64,000 nucleotides of DNA. Source: Octopus vulgaris. Taxonomy: Eukaryota. Numbering within the stretch: the first letter of the stretch is position 1; each line of letters starts with the position of its first letter. This document shows positions 40,575 to 53,779 of the stretch, one piece after another. The notes beneath the pieces are model-generated. The model saw nothing but the letters and a program-made list of their open reading frames with translations, made no database searches and was not told the origin of the DNA. Position numbers and translations under genes: made by a program. The stretch spans positions 184,574,001 through 184,638,000 of the forward strand of contig OX597814.1 in assembly GCA_951406725.2 (NCBI GenBank), written 5' to 3'.

Positions 40575-40966
40575 TATATATATATATGTTATATAAAATC
40601 CGTTCTGTCTATGTGTGTGTGTCTTCTAGGATCTCGGGCATCCTCCATCCGATTATGCTCAAATTTGATATGTAGATACCGACGGTATCAGGGCGGGTAT
40701 AAGTCTTGAAAAAAATTACAAAAATCGATTCCAGGTGAGAATGCGATCGATAAAGCCGTGGGAACGTGCAATTGTGCGCGCAAGTACACCAGCTGTTCCG
40801 ATCGATACTACGCGTGCGCGAGAAAAATGCACTGTGTCTCAAATTTAGGTTAAATCAGTGTTTCTCAAAGGGGAGGCCTATGGGACGGTCGGACAAGTTG
40901 TTTTGAGAAAATTTGGTTTAAATATTTGACAACTCAGTACCGTCCATTGGACGGGGGCGTTTTGCT

Positions 40967-40968
<2 letters not shown>
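40575..40968 (+). mobile_element. Probable non-autonomous Helitron
   Basis: 5' tatataaaatcc...tgtgtgt...ccgattatgctcaaatttgatatgtagata pattern; 3' GC hairpin ccgtcca-t-tggacgg (40940-40954) 10 nt before CTTG (cf. CTRR). No TSD. Confidence 0.6.
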
Positions 40969-41009
<41 letters not shown>

Positions 41010-41010
<1 letters not shown>

Positions 41011-41160
41011 GTGAGAATTTACGAAAAATAAAACAAATGTCGGTGACGGGTGTGTAAACAACAAACAGATATATTAGTTTAACGCTCGGGAAGTGAGAAA
41101 GTCTTTTACGTTTCGAGCTTAAGCTCTTCAACAGAAAGGAACACAGAAATAAGGAGAGAG
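41010..41160 (-). mobile_element. (TA)n-embedded repeat related to 19440-19577, with a hammerhead-like TGAAGAG..CTCGAAACGT motif
   Basis: Minus strand reads ctgttgaagagcttaagctcgaaacgtaaaagac. Confidence 0.6.
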
Positions 41161-41214
41161 AGAATATATATATATATATATATATATATACTCACACACA
41201 CACATATATATATG

Positions 41215-41425
41215 TGGGCTAAACGCAGAGGGGCAAACGAGGACAGACAAACGGATTAAGTCGATTACATCGACCCCAGTGCGTAACCGGTACTTAATTT
41301 ATCGACCCAGAAAGGATGAAAGGCAAAGTCAACCACGGCGGAATTTGAACCCAGAACGTAACGGCAGACGAAATACGGCTACGCATTTCGCCCGGCGTGC
41401 TAATGTTTCTGCCAGCTCGCCGCCT
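41215..41425 (-). mobile_element. SINE-A
   Basis: Head ggcggcgagctggcagaaac through the tail-A remnant. Confidence 0.9.
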
Positions 41426-42486
41426 TATATATATGTGTGTGTGTGTACACACACACACACAGAAACAAATATGGATATATATATTCAACTATACGAGTAC
41501 ATATTCATATATTAAAGAAAGCATTATCTAAAGTCATGTGACTTATCACTTCTAGTCAGTTAACTTAGTCTTCTTTTCTTCTTTTCTTATTGTAATTCTG
41601 CAAAATATCGCTACCGAAATTCTTCGTAAATGCTATTTATAGTTGTGAATATCTATAACCACAAATCAAAGTAATTCTGAATAGACAACGCTTCACTGAT
41701 GAGATCTGGTTACAACAAAGCATTTTCTTAACTGTCACCTTGCCGGCAAAGACCAGATTCCATCCCCAACCTAGGCGAGAAAATACAATTTGGTGTGGAA
41801 TGAATTTTAACTTAATGAAATTATGTCCATATTTGTTTCATAACACTGTAGAATAAGATTTTTGTCTTTGGGTACCAACGGTTATTTCTTATTTGCTTAC
41901 CTCTAGAAAACATCAAAAAATGGCTAATATTTTCTTCAAACTTTGCTTTTGTTACATTTATTCAATCCCCAGCACATGGCTATGATGCTCCACCCCCACT
42001 ACACCTGCTCATGATCAGAGATGTATATATTGTCAGCCATTAAGGGACATACTCAAGTGGTTAAGGTCAAGCAGCTGACAAACAAATCTGTGGCATTTAG
42101 CAGAATATTTGTTATAACGATATTTATGCTTTAGCAATTCGGCGCTGAATCTGTCAGAAATGTAATGGGAAATATGTCAGTTTCAAAACATCGATGTCCA
42201 GGTCCCAAAAGCGAAGTTTGAAGGGAAGAGTAATCATGTCTTTTGATTTCTAGATAGGAGCAAATAGGAAGTAACACTTACTGACAAACAAAATACAAAA
42301 AAAAAAAATGAAAAGTAAAGAAAAACTGTTACACCGTTTAATTTCTACCAATACTAAATATTTGCTTTCTTTTACCGACTTTAAATTCATTTAACCATTT
42401 TTTAGGTACGCTATTCAGTACATCACAATTCAACTACATTTAATTATCAACTTTTGTACGTGTGTGCATGTGACGATATGCATGTG

Positions 42487-42710
42487 AATTGGCAGAAACG
42501 TTAGCACGCTGGGCGAAATGCTTAGTGGTATTTCGTCTGCCGCTACGTTCTGAGTTCAAATTCTGCCGAGGTCGACTTTGCCTTTCATCCTTTCGGGGTC
42601 GATTAAATAAGTACCAGTTACGCACTGGAGGTGATATAATCGACTTAATCCGTTTGTCTGTCCTTGTTTTTCCTCTCTGTGTTTAACCCCTTGTGGGTAG
42701 TAAAGAAATA
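42487..42710 (+). mobile_element. SINE-A monomer with 12-bp TSD
   Basis: TSD gatatgcatgtg at 42475-42486 and 42711-42722. Confidence 0.94.
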
Positions 42711-42913
42711 GATATGCATGTGTGTGTATGTTTGTATGGTTGCGTTTATTCAAGTGTCTCGTTTTCAAACTGAACCGTTAGTATTCGTTTAAGGAACATT
42801 TCCTACGGAGAGGAAGTAGGCGTAAAATATTCACTAGATGTAGACTATGCTAACATGTTATTGGAGAATACGAACATCAGAATAAAAACTTGGATAACAA
42901 AAACAGTAGAAGT

Positions 42914-43296
42914 TTGGAATCACTCCGTCGGTTACGATGATGAGGGTTCTGGTTGATCCGATCAACGGAACAGCCTGCTCGTGAAATTAACGTGTAAGTG
43001 GCTGAGCACTCCACAGACACGTGTACCCTTAACGTAGTTCTCGGGGATATTCAGCGTGACACAGAGTGTGACAAGTCTGGCCCTTTGAAATACAGGTACA
43101 ACAGAAACAGGAAGTAAGAGTGAGAGAAAGTTGTGGTGAAAGAGTACAGCAGGGATCACCACCATCCCTGCCGTAGCCTCGTGGAGCTTTAGGTGTTTTC
43201 GCTCAATAAACACTCACAACGCCCGGTCTGGGAATCGAAACCGCGATCTACGACCGCGAGTCCACTGCCCTAACCACTGAGCCATTGCGCCTCCAC
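42914..43296 (-). mobile_element. Full-length SINE-C (head 1 with tail X), 11-bp TSD
   Basis: Inverted, highly similar copy of 39683-40066. TSD acagtagaagt at 42903-42913 and 43297-43307. Confidence 0.95.
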
Positions 43297-43467
43297 ACAG
43301 TAGAAGTAGATATGTAAGCAGCAGAGTTACAGTATCAATGTGTCTCTGTTGCAAATATGGAATGCAATTCATGCCGGAGTTACTCATACGATAAAAAAGG
43401 TTTCAGTTTTTAAAATAGAAGAAAAACATAAAATGGTATTTTGTCCGCTCTCAATATCTTTAATTGT

Positions 43468-43582
43468 ATACTCTTTTACTTGTTTCAGTCATTTGACTGT
43501 GGCCATGCTGGAGCACCACATGTAGTCGAGCAAATCAACCCCAGGACTGATTCTTTGTAAGCCTAGTACTTATTCTATCGGT
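43468..43582 (-). mobile_element. SINE-B 3' tail fragment
   Basis: actcttttacttgtttcagtcatttgactgtggccatgctggagcacc. Confidence 0.85.
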
Positions 43583-43635
43583 TGTATGCATACAAACACT
43601 ATAAAAATATACATATGAACACAGAAACACTTGTG

Positions 43636-43691
<56 letters not shown>

Positions 43692-43973
43692 TGTGGGGGG
43701 TGAATGTGTGTGTGTGTATGTACTTGCGTACATAAGTATACATATGCAAATACATATGTATATATTTATATCTGTATACATACACACACATATATGTCTG
43801 TCTATACATAAGTATGCAGAAAGCTTCTCATTCTCTCTTCTTCACCAATATATACACACCTATATATGTATATATATATACACATATTCACACGCATATA
43901 CGTAATTTTATACACACTACATGACTTTGTCCCTCCCCCTCCCTCTCTCTTTTCACACACGCAAACGCACACA

Positions 43974-44019
<46 letters not shown>

Positions 44020-44120
44020 TATATATATGATTATGTGCTCGGGTTTGTGTGTGTGTGTGTTCGTTGTATGTCTGCTCGTGCTTGTACAGACAAAAATTTA
44101 TACATACGTACATAACACAC

Positions 44121-44173
<53 letters not shown>

Positions 44174-44587
44174 CCATTCAGAATTCAACTTCCGCTCTTC
44201 ATAATGTGGATCCATGATTGATTGTGATGATACTTTCGCTATGAATAAGTCACAATCAAGAGAAGCATATCTTAAACTCCAACCGGCAACTGAACCATGA
44301 ATCGTAAAGGGAAGATGCAAGTCAAACAGAGAACCATATCAAAGGATATACCTTCGGTATTCGTACCTTAAATTAGGGGAATAATATGACTCATCTTCAA
44401 TATATATATATGTTTCTTTATCAACCATTGTTTACTCTGGGTAAAGGGAATTTTCAAGTAAAGGAATAGCTGTAGGAGTGAATAACTATAATTACGATTA
44501 GTATTTGTAATATTGCTTTATGATTCATCGGTTGAATGAGGACGAAACTTCAGAAAACATTTTATGAATTACTGCAATATAAGAATG

Positions 44588-44611
44588 TATCTATCTACCT
44601 ATCTGTTTGTA

Positions 44612-44696
<85 letters not shown>

Positions 44697-44713
44697 ATCT
44701 ATCTATCTATCTA

Positions 44714-44744
<31 letters not shown>

Positions 44745-44802
44745 GTCTGTCTATCTGTCTATCTGTCTGTCTATCTGTCTGTCTGTCTGTCTGTCTGTCT
44801 CC

Positions 44803-44860
<58 letters not shown>

Positions 44861-44966
44861 GTCTGTCTGTCTATCTATCTGTCTGTATGTCTGTCTGTCT
44901 GTCTGTCTGTCTATCAATCTGTCTATCTGTCTATCTGTCTGTCTATCTGTCTGTCTGTCTGTCTCC

Positions 44967-45029
<63 letters not shown>

Positions 45030-45180
45030 CCAAGCTATCATGCTATCTATATATCTATATATCTATCTGTCTATCTATCTATCTGTCTGTCTGTCTGTCT
45101 ATGTAGGTAGGTAGTTAAGTAGGTAGGTAGATAGGTAGGTAGTTAGGTAGGTAGGTAGATAGGTTAGTAGGTAGGTAGGT
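44588..45180. repeat. Compound (TATC)n/(TGTC)n/(TAGG)n microsatellite
   Basis: Read directly; source of the YLSI ORFs. Confidence 0.97.
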
Positions 45181-45253
45181 ATATGCGTATATTTATGTAT
45201 ATATAACGTATGTATATGTGTTTATATTTATATATCTACGTGTATGTATATAT

Positions 45254-45345
<92 letters not shown>

Positions 45346-47299
45346 TGTGGGTGTCTGAAATGAAACGAATGAATGCAAATACTTCTGCACCCATAGGATG
45401 TAAAGTTACTGTTATGAACTCACGCCATATTAGTTTCTTGAGTCAACTGGAATATCAGAGGCAGTTCCAGTCGTTTAATTAGGGGCTGGATTCCAGTGCT
45501 TCTAAATAAACTTATTAATGAAGGGACGACAGTGCGGCAGATAATTTGAAACCAGAACCCCAAGAGATGGAACGGATTACGCAAAATATCTCGGTTAACA
45601 CTTTCAAAATACCGCAAAACCACCGAGTCGGACCGACCGATACTTATTTATTGACTATGATGAGATAAAGCGCAAAGTGAAACCCGACAAGGTTTGAACT
45701 CAAAGCGCAGAAAACCGAAAGAAATACTTCAGAATATTTTATCCAACACCCTATTGTATCTACAAATTCGATTATATCTATTTATTTATTTATTTATTTA
45801 TTATTTACTTCATCTTTCTCGCCCGACGGATTGTGTAACCCGTCATATTTAAATCAATTATGTATACTAACTGCGTAATTATATAAATGATGATGTTTTT
45901 ATTCCTCTGAAATAGCTGTCGAAAATAATTAAATTATTAATCATATGTTTAAGCTAGGCTCTTCTGTTGTTTGCAGTTCTAAATATTGCGCATTCACCTA
46001 TTGTTTTATCTGCGTATTAGAGTTTAATGATGCGTTAATAACTGAGCTCTTAAATACCCTGAATATATTTTTATGTTGTTTATACAACAAATCAGTGTAT
46101 ATAAAAATAGTAACTAAAGGGGAATTTGTGAAATTCAAGCAATTACCTCAGTCAGCACCCATGTGAACTCTAGTTAAAAACACTCATAGAAAAACAATCC
46201 AGCTAATCCAAAGTATTCCACACAAATTGAAAAAAGTAGCAAATTTTCATCTATTGCAGAGTATAATATAAAGCAAATAAAAGAATGAAGATTTCTGGTA
46301 TCGCATCTATTACTTGGTTACGATCGTTTCAATAACAGGTTGGGTAGATTAGCTGCTTCATATTTTGAAACAAACGTAAACAATGATTATACAACTTCAA
46401 AAGCTATTAAATGCAACGTTTCTCAGTCGTTTTTATTATATTCGAAAGGTGTAGTAGGCTTGCACACGGAGAAACATGGTTATAAATATGATCAGTGTGA
46501 GAATGATTAAAATGTTAAAGAGAGTAACCTCTTTAACAAGCCCGAGGAAAAGCATGAAGGAAAGGGATTAGAAAGACATAAAGGTGTGTATTACGAGATA
46601 ATATTGATTGTGATGTCAAGGCCGACTTGCTCAAGCGAAACAAATGATCAGCACTGTTGTAGGCTGTCTGAACAGAGAGGAAGGTATTCAAATATGGGCA
46701 AGACTCTACCACGAATGAATCAAAAGAACATTAGCTATGAGAAATCTAAGGACAAAAAGAACAACCAAACTGAAACACCATGAACCTGATATTGATAGAC
46801 GCTCTGCGTTGGAAGTAAGATGTCCATTTGAGTTAATGTGGTAATAAATGTACAGGAAAAGGATGATGATTATGATGCCTGAGGAGGTGTTTGAATATCA
46901 AGTATCCGGAATACATTCTCAGCTTTTACACACTGAATATTGTCAAAATGACAGGATACGCACCAATCCCATTTCGATCAAAGTGTACCTGAAATTGTCT
47001 ACTTGGAGACTAGACGCATCTCTGTAATTCATAAGCTACAAATGATAATATCTGCATCAATATAAATCTGAAGAATTATAAAGAATTTGACAGAGGATTG
47101 GTTGTGCAATATGTGCGGAAAAGAACAAGACATACATATATACATACATATGTACATACATACACGCATGCACATATGCATACATACATGCATACATACT
47201 CATGATGATGGCCGTCCACTCGTGACCGAGGAAGACCATTTCTGACCTTCAGTAACATTGTGCTCTCTAGGACTAATATTTTGCATTTGTGGCTCCGTT

Positions 47300-47977
47300 A
47301 GTGGCTATGAGCCCTGCTCTTGACAAGCATACACGACTGCAAACATTGCAGACTAAGCTTTCCCAGTGCGCTTTCGAGCAGCACGCTTAAGTTCTTCATG
47401 CAGAATACTTGCTCTCTCAAAAGTGTCGACCCCCTTCTTAACCTGCTTCCTCCATCTGTGGCGATGAGTGGCAGTATTCTCCCAATCAGTATCCTGCATA
47501 CCACAGGCCTTTAATGAGGACTTGACACGGTTTCTGTCGGGGTCTGTTTCCATTCACAAGTTCTCCATATAGAATCTGCTTAGGGATCCTACAATCCTTC
47601 ATTCTAATAAAGTGTCCAGTCCAACGTAACCGGTGTTTGTGCGCCATCGCCTCAATACTCAAGATATCAGCTGTCCTTAGGGCTTGTGTGTCTGCAATTT
47701 TTAAGGTCCAGCCAATATTGAGAACGGGTTTGAGACAACTCTGATGGAAGTATTCAAGGACCCTTACATGACGTTTGTAAAGGATCCATGTCTCAGATGA
47801 GTAGAGGAGCGATGTCAGTACACATATACGGTACACAGAAATTTTTGTCTGCTTTCTGATGCCATGCTGGGACCAGACACGAGACTGAAGAGACCGGAAG
47901 GAATTAGTTGCTCTCTGCAGCCTGAAAAATATTTCCTCACTCAGGGAGAAAAAACGGCTGAGTGTGCTGCGCAGGTA
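47300..47977 (-). pseudogene. RTE reverse transcriptase C-terminal part (YLGS-like motif through C-terminal Cys/His motif)
   Basis: YLRSTLS...TKISVYRICVLTSLLYSSETW...RLRWTGHFIRMKDCRIPKQILYGEL...WENTATHRHRWR. Confidence 0.92.
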
Positions 47978-47978
47978 G

Positions 47979-48843
47979 ATTGATACTATGCAACAAAGAC
48001 CTATCATTAGCTCCTTAAACTCTACACCCTCAATAGATAAAGTAATGAGATCAATAAGTAAATTGAATCTTAGTAGCGCTCCTAGAAAGTATGGAATTTG
48101 TGCTGAGGTCTTGCGATTTGGTGGTGATTACATCATACAGTCCCTTCTTGAACTTATTAGTGCAGTCTGGACGGATGGTGCATTGCCTAAGGAGTAGAAG
48201 GATGCAATTATTCTTCTTCTTCTAAATAAAGGAAAATGAGCCAGAACAATGTGTGGTAACTACAGAGGTATTGCTCTATTATCAGCTGCTGGCAAGGTTC
48301 TGGCAAATATTCTTCTTACCCGCCTGAATGGGTGTCTCATAAATGATGTCCTATCTGAATCTCAATGTGGCTTCTGATCTGGTAGAGGGACAATGGATAT
48401 GATTTTCACAGCAAGATAGATGCAGAAGGGCTATGAGCAGAATATGGATCTTGTCCAGGTATTCATTGATTTAACGAAGGCCTTTGATACTGTAAATAGG
48501 CCCTTTCTTTGGAAAATACTTGGCAATCTTGGCTGTCCAGATCACTTTGCATCTATAATTAAATCATTTCATGATAGGATGGGGGCTTGGGTCAATGCTG
48601 TTGGTGGCTGGCAGGGCCCATTCCTGCAGAGCATGGTTTCAAGCAGGGTAACATCCTTGCTCCAACTCTCTTTTCTTTGTACTTTGCTGCTGCTTTTACT
48701 CATGCTTTTGTTAAGGTTAGCTCTCTAGGAATATATGTCAGGTGTCTATCTTCTGGCCGCCTCATTAATCTGCGCCGATTTGCTGCCAATTCAAAAGTTC
48801 TCCAGTCTATTATTCGTGACCTCTTTTATGCAGATGACTGTGA
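47979..48843 (+). pseudogene. RTE reverse transcriptase N-terminal part (up to YADD), inverted
   Basis: ...CGNYRGIALLSAAGKVLA...SQCGF*SGRGTMDMIF...FIDLTKAFDTVNR...GFKQGNILAPTLFSLYF...DLFYADDC, with stops and frameshifts. Confidence 0.93.
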
Positions 48844-48859
48844 CATACATACTTACGCA

Positions 48860-48874
48860 TATACATACATACAT

Positions 48875-48906
<32 letters not shown>

Positions 48907-49006
48907 GTACATACATACATACATACATACATACATACATACATACATACATACATACATACATACATACATACATACATACATACATACATACATACAT
49001 ACATAC
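48860..49006. repeat. (TACA)n microsatellite (host tract of the RTE insertion)
   Basis: Read directly; degenerate continuation at 47130-47200. Confidence 0.95.
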
Positions 49007-51207
49007 ACAAATTCAAGAAAGAGTAGGACAAGCTGCTCACATTTTTCAAAAATCGTTTGGTGGAACAGTGAATATTTCATAATTATTGCAGAGATATTTC
49101 ATGAGATATTCCTGGAATGAAGATATAAACGTGATTGTATGTGCACATGGCACATACATATAATCATACACAAAATGAAAGCAAATGACACACACTTGTG
49201 CACTAAGGTACTCTCAATGTCCCTAGTCCACCCAGCTTCACGATGTTATTGTTGTTACCGTTTTCCTTTTGCTTTGTGGTCATTTAGATCCAGGCCGGAT
49301 CAAATTGGGCACGCACATAATAAAAAAAACCCAGCCATAGCTTCACCATCTTATTCAAAATAGCAGTTTATCCAAGAATGTTGCAGTTTGCGTTCGCTTT
49401 TTGGACTAATCAATGGGTAATTTCAACGATAAAGAACTACTACTTGTAGCGAGTAAAGTCACCTCATGGAGCCTCCTTCGTCAGTTCACTGTAAAACAAA
49501 TTATCCTACTTCGCTGTTGTTCCAGACACCGTGACCTCAGTAATTCCATGCTTGATTTCAGCTTACTTCTTTAATCTATCCAGAAGACTTAGACTTTGGC
49601 TTTCTTGGTTTCTTTTGTAGCCACAACAGTTGCAATTGCCCAGAAACAGGAGAGACTGATGCCAATCAGTCCTTTACATCTCATCTTATTTTCAGGTACA
49701 GCGTATTTAGAAATATTCAAATTGAATATGTCGTTCTTCCTATTGCAAGGTGGCAGAGTATGATCTGAAGGTGATTTGGATGCCTATTTCTAAGAATATT
49801 AACAGAATAAGTGCTGGTTTCTCTGTTGGTTCAGCTTCTCAAGACATGTGAAACCATGATGATATATAGAGTGAGACAGACAAAGACAGAGACAGGCTGA
49901 AGAAAAACAAACAGAAGAAGAAGAGAGAGAGGAGAGTAATGAAATTAATAAAGTAAATAAATAAATAACCCAGACTTCATTAATTCGCTTAAGGATTTAG
50001 CAAAGTTACTGTGACATCTCGACGGTAATAGAATTTAAGACAAGATGCCAAGAGATGGTATACGTACACACACACACGAGAATATGTGTGTGTGCATGTG
50101 TGTGTTTGTGTGTGTGTGAGTGTGTGTGTGTGTGTGTGTATGACTACGGGCCTGAGTGTATATGCTAGTTCACACGCCTGTCAGTTTGTATTGTGGTTTT
50201 GAGATTTACAACACTAACCAGAGTTTCGCATTTCGCGTCTGATCTCACATTTATACATATGCACAAATTTCATACGCTCACAAGCACTTCCACACACAAA
50301 CACAGCCACACACGCACACACTTACATACACACTCACACACACACACACATATATATAAACACAAACATATATATAATCATAAATTATACATGCACACAT
50401 GCATACATACACACACACACCCATACACACTCACACACACATATACAAAAATGGAGTATGTAAATATTTTCACGTCCACCCATTGTTTGGCTCTCTATAA
50501 AACTTAATAACCAACTTCGAGGAAGATAGGTGGACGTGTGGAGAGATTTTAGAAGAGGAAAGAAAATATTCTACACTATTATTCACACTCACAGCATATA
50601 TCATTTTATGTATGTATGTACGTACGTACGTATGTATGTATGTTTGTTTGTTCGTTTGTGCTGCGTATGTGTGTAGTCCTAAAATTTATACGCTCTTCAG
50701 TATATTAACAACTATTACCTATAATCATATAGCAAGATTAGATTCACCATAAAAACTGATCTAGTGGGAGGGATTCTGAAGACTATTGCATTCTTTGAGT
50801 TAGTCGACAGCAGGCAAGCATTCAAAAAATATCGTACATACATTACCAAATTGCCTATACATATATATATGTGTGTGTGTGTATGTGTGTGTGTGTACTT
50901 AGAGAGAAAGTGAGAGAGACACATACACATGTATACAGGTGTATATATATATTTATATATATTTATATACTCATCTTGCCTTCTCTAGTATCAGTTCATT
51001 CTAGCTTACTACCCCTGTAGTTTCCTATTTATTTATGTATCTCTTTCTATCTAACTATTTAAACGCTTACTTTTCCTCTTTTCGTTATGGAGCTGTCTCC
51101 TCTTTCTTGTACTCTTTTACCTTTGCAAACTTTGGTCGCCGTATTTTCTTGGTATCTCTCTCTTTCCCTCTGTCTTTCCCCTTCTCACTATCCCTCTTTC
51201 ACCAGCA

Positions 51208-51287
<80 letters not shown>

Positions 51288-51398
51288 TTCTCTCTATAAC
51301 TTTCTATCTTTCTCTGTATTTCAACACCTTACACTTTCAGATGAGGATATGAAACTCATACTATATACCTACATATATTGATATATATACCAACGTAC

Positions 51399-51463
<65 letters not shown>

Positions 51464-51624
51464 AGTAGGTGAATGAATTATCCCATGTTTATCGTCAGCA
51501 TGGAAAATTCGTTTAACCGAAACCTGGGTAGCAAATTCACGTCAGAAATACGGTTGAAGCGACCTGTCAAGGGTAGAAACTCCGGGTTCATGTGCAGAAA
51601 TTCTTTCATTTATATATAAAGGGT

Positions 51625-51872
51625 AGAGACCCCCTTCGGTCATGAATGACCATGGGATTGCACCTAGAAAGTTACCCTCCTAGACACAAGTCCGGGCAAG
51701 GTTGTTTATGGAAGACCAGCAGTCGCCCATGCATACCAGCCTCCCCTCCCCACGCCACCAGTGTTATCCAAGGGAAAGACAAAGGTCGATATAGCTTGGC
51801 ACCAGTGACGTCGCAACTCATTTCTACAGCTGAGTGAACTGGAGCAACGTGAAATAAAGTGCCTTGCTCAAG

Positions 51873-51876
<4 letters not shown>
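51625..51876 (-). mobile_element. SINE fragment: CORE-like block with a third tail type (tail Y)
   Basis: Minus strand tgttcttgagcaaggcactttatttcacgttgctccagttcactcagctg is shared with 25148-25413, followed by a different 3' region. Confidence 0.8.
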
Positions 51877-51959
<83 letters not shown>

Positions 51960-52470
51960 TATATGTACGTATGTATGTAGAGAGATATACATACACACAT
52001 GCAGACAGACATACAAGCATGTTCGTGCGAGCAGACACTCACGGATACACACGCACACACACCTATAAGCATACACACATACTCATATATATTCCCAGGT
52101 GAAAGATGGGTATTTGAAATACACCTCAGATTTTCCGGAAAAGTTTTCAGTGGACATTTTTAGAAGTTAAGGAAAAAACCACGGCCAACATTTTACATTA
52201 ATATTAATTGTAACCCGTGTTCATCTTTTCTTTGATCGTAAATAATTCAACGCAAATGAAAATGGTTCACGTCGGAATCAGAACCAAGGCGCCGGGAATA
52301 TATCCAATATATTTCCTGTTTGAAACTAATTGACTATAAAAAAAATAAGAAAATAATCACAATGTAGAAAGAAGCCAAGAAACTGTTTAAAAACATTCTT
52401 GGTGCTGATGAAAATAAATATGCTTTCGTAACGTAACAAATTTGTAAGGAGATAGTGACTTGTATATGGT

Positions 52471-52789
52471 ACAATTATAAGACGCGGCTTCTTCAGTTGC
52501 AGACGACAGATGAGAGAATAGCAATTTCTTGTTAAATAACCAACGCTGATGATAATTTTATAGTGGTCAAATGCTTATTTTGTACATTAGTTCATTTTCT
52601 CCATCAAATCGACATTGCCTGCACTGGAGAACAATTATAAGACGCGGCTTCTTCAGTTGCAGACGACAGATGAGAGATTAGCACTTTCTTGTGAAATGAC
52701 CAACGCTGATGATGATTTTATAGTGGTCAATTGCTTGTTTTGTACATTAGCTCACTATCTCCATCAAATCGACGTTGCCTGCACTGGAG
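52471..52789 (+). repeat. Tandem duplication of a 160-bp unique unit (2 diverged copies)
   Basis: acaattataagacgcggcttcttcagttgcagacgacagatgagag begins at 52471 and at 52631. Confidence 0.95.
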
Positions 52790-53200
52790 TACGAAATGCT
52801 ACATGTCAGATGTCGAAGTGACCGCAGTTATAAGTAGTAACTAGCATGTGGTACAATTAAGTAGATATATGACTCCATCAGATCTATCACTTGCGAAACA
52901 ACTACTCCTTTTATAGGACTTCGTATAGAAAACAGCGCGAAATTAATACATGACGACTACTGACTGCAAGAAATATTACATTGTATACAGCATAACGTTT
53001 CTTGATGCTGTATATGCAAAGCTATATTTATAATTTCTCAGCATGTGAAGGATAAATATTTTACGTCGCTCAATAACTTCATTATGGATATCATACGAAT
53101 GCGTGCAATAAAAGTTACCAAGTATGAATCTAGAGTTAACAATATCTCAGAGCTAAACAGCTTTAAGGTTATATCACTTCTGTAATTACGCAGTCTACTA

Positions 53201-53766
53201 TTGGGTTGTCCGGAAAGTTCGTGCCGATTTATAGTAGCTTACCTTTCGACTTATTTTAGAACATGGTTGAGTCCATAAAATAGGATTTGACTACACCTCC
53301 ATTTAGTGCACAGTTTAAGCTATCTTTTCGTGGAAGTAGATTTATGTTCCTATAACCTGTATTAATTCTGTAACCCTTTAAAACAGAAGATAAGAAAGTT
53401 CATTTTCGGCACTTGATGCTTTGGAAACCAAACAAAAGTTGCTGCAGCTCAGCTGGGATGTGTTACACCATCTTCCATATTCACCAGATATTGCTCCTTC
53501 GGATTTCCACTTATTCAGGTCTCTGCAGAATAGTCTTAATGGTAAAAATTTCAATTCCTTGGATGGCGTAAAAATGAACCTTTATGAATTCTTTGCCATG
53601 AAACCACCTCAATTCTGAGAAGAGAGTATTTTCAAGTTGAAGAAAAGATGGAGACGTATTGTGCAACAAAATGGTTCATATTTGGTTGATTAAAAATGTA
53701 ATGGCAAGTATTTATTGACCTTTTTCATTATTTTAAAAATCGGCACGAACTTTCCGGACAACCCAG
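53201..53766 (+). mobile_element. Internally deleted mariner (566 bp) with near-perfect 30-bp TIRs and TA TSD
   Basis: ttgggttgtccggaaagttcgtgccgattt / aaatcggcacgaactttccggacaacccag. N-terminal EDKKVHFRHLML is fused to C-terminal WDVLHHLPYSPDIAPSDFHLFRSLQNSL. Confidence 0.95.
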
Positions 53767-53779
53767 TATTTATAAGGCA

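Larger units (their letters stand above)
47201..48843 (-). mobile_element. RTE-clade LINE insertion with inverted 5' segment and 10-bp TSD
   Basis: TSD catacatact at 47191-47200 and 48844-48853; (CAT)n-like 3' tail at 47201; two RT segments in opposite orientation joined at about 47978. Confidence 0.9.
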
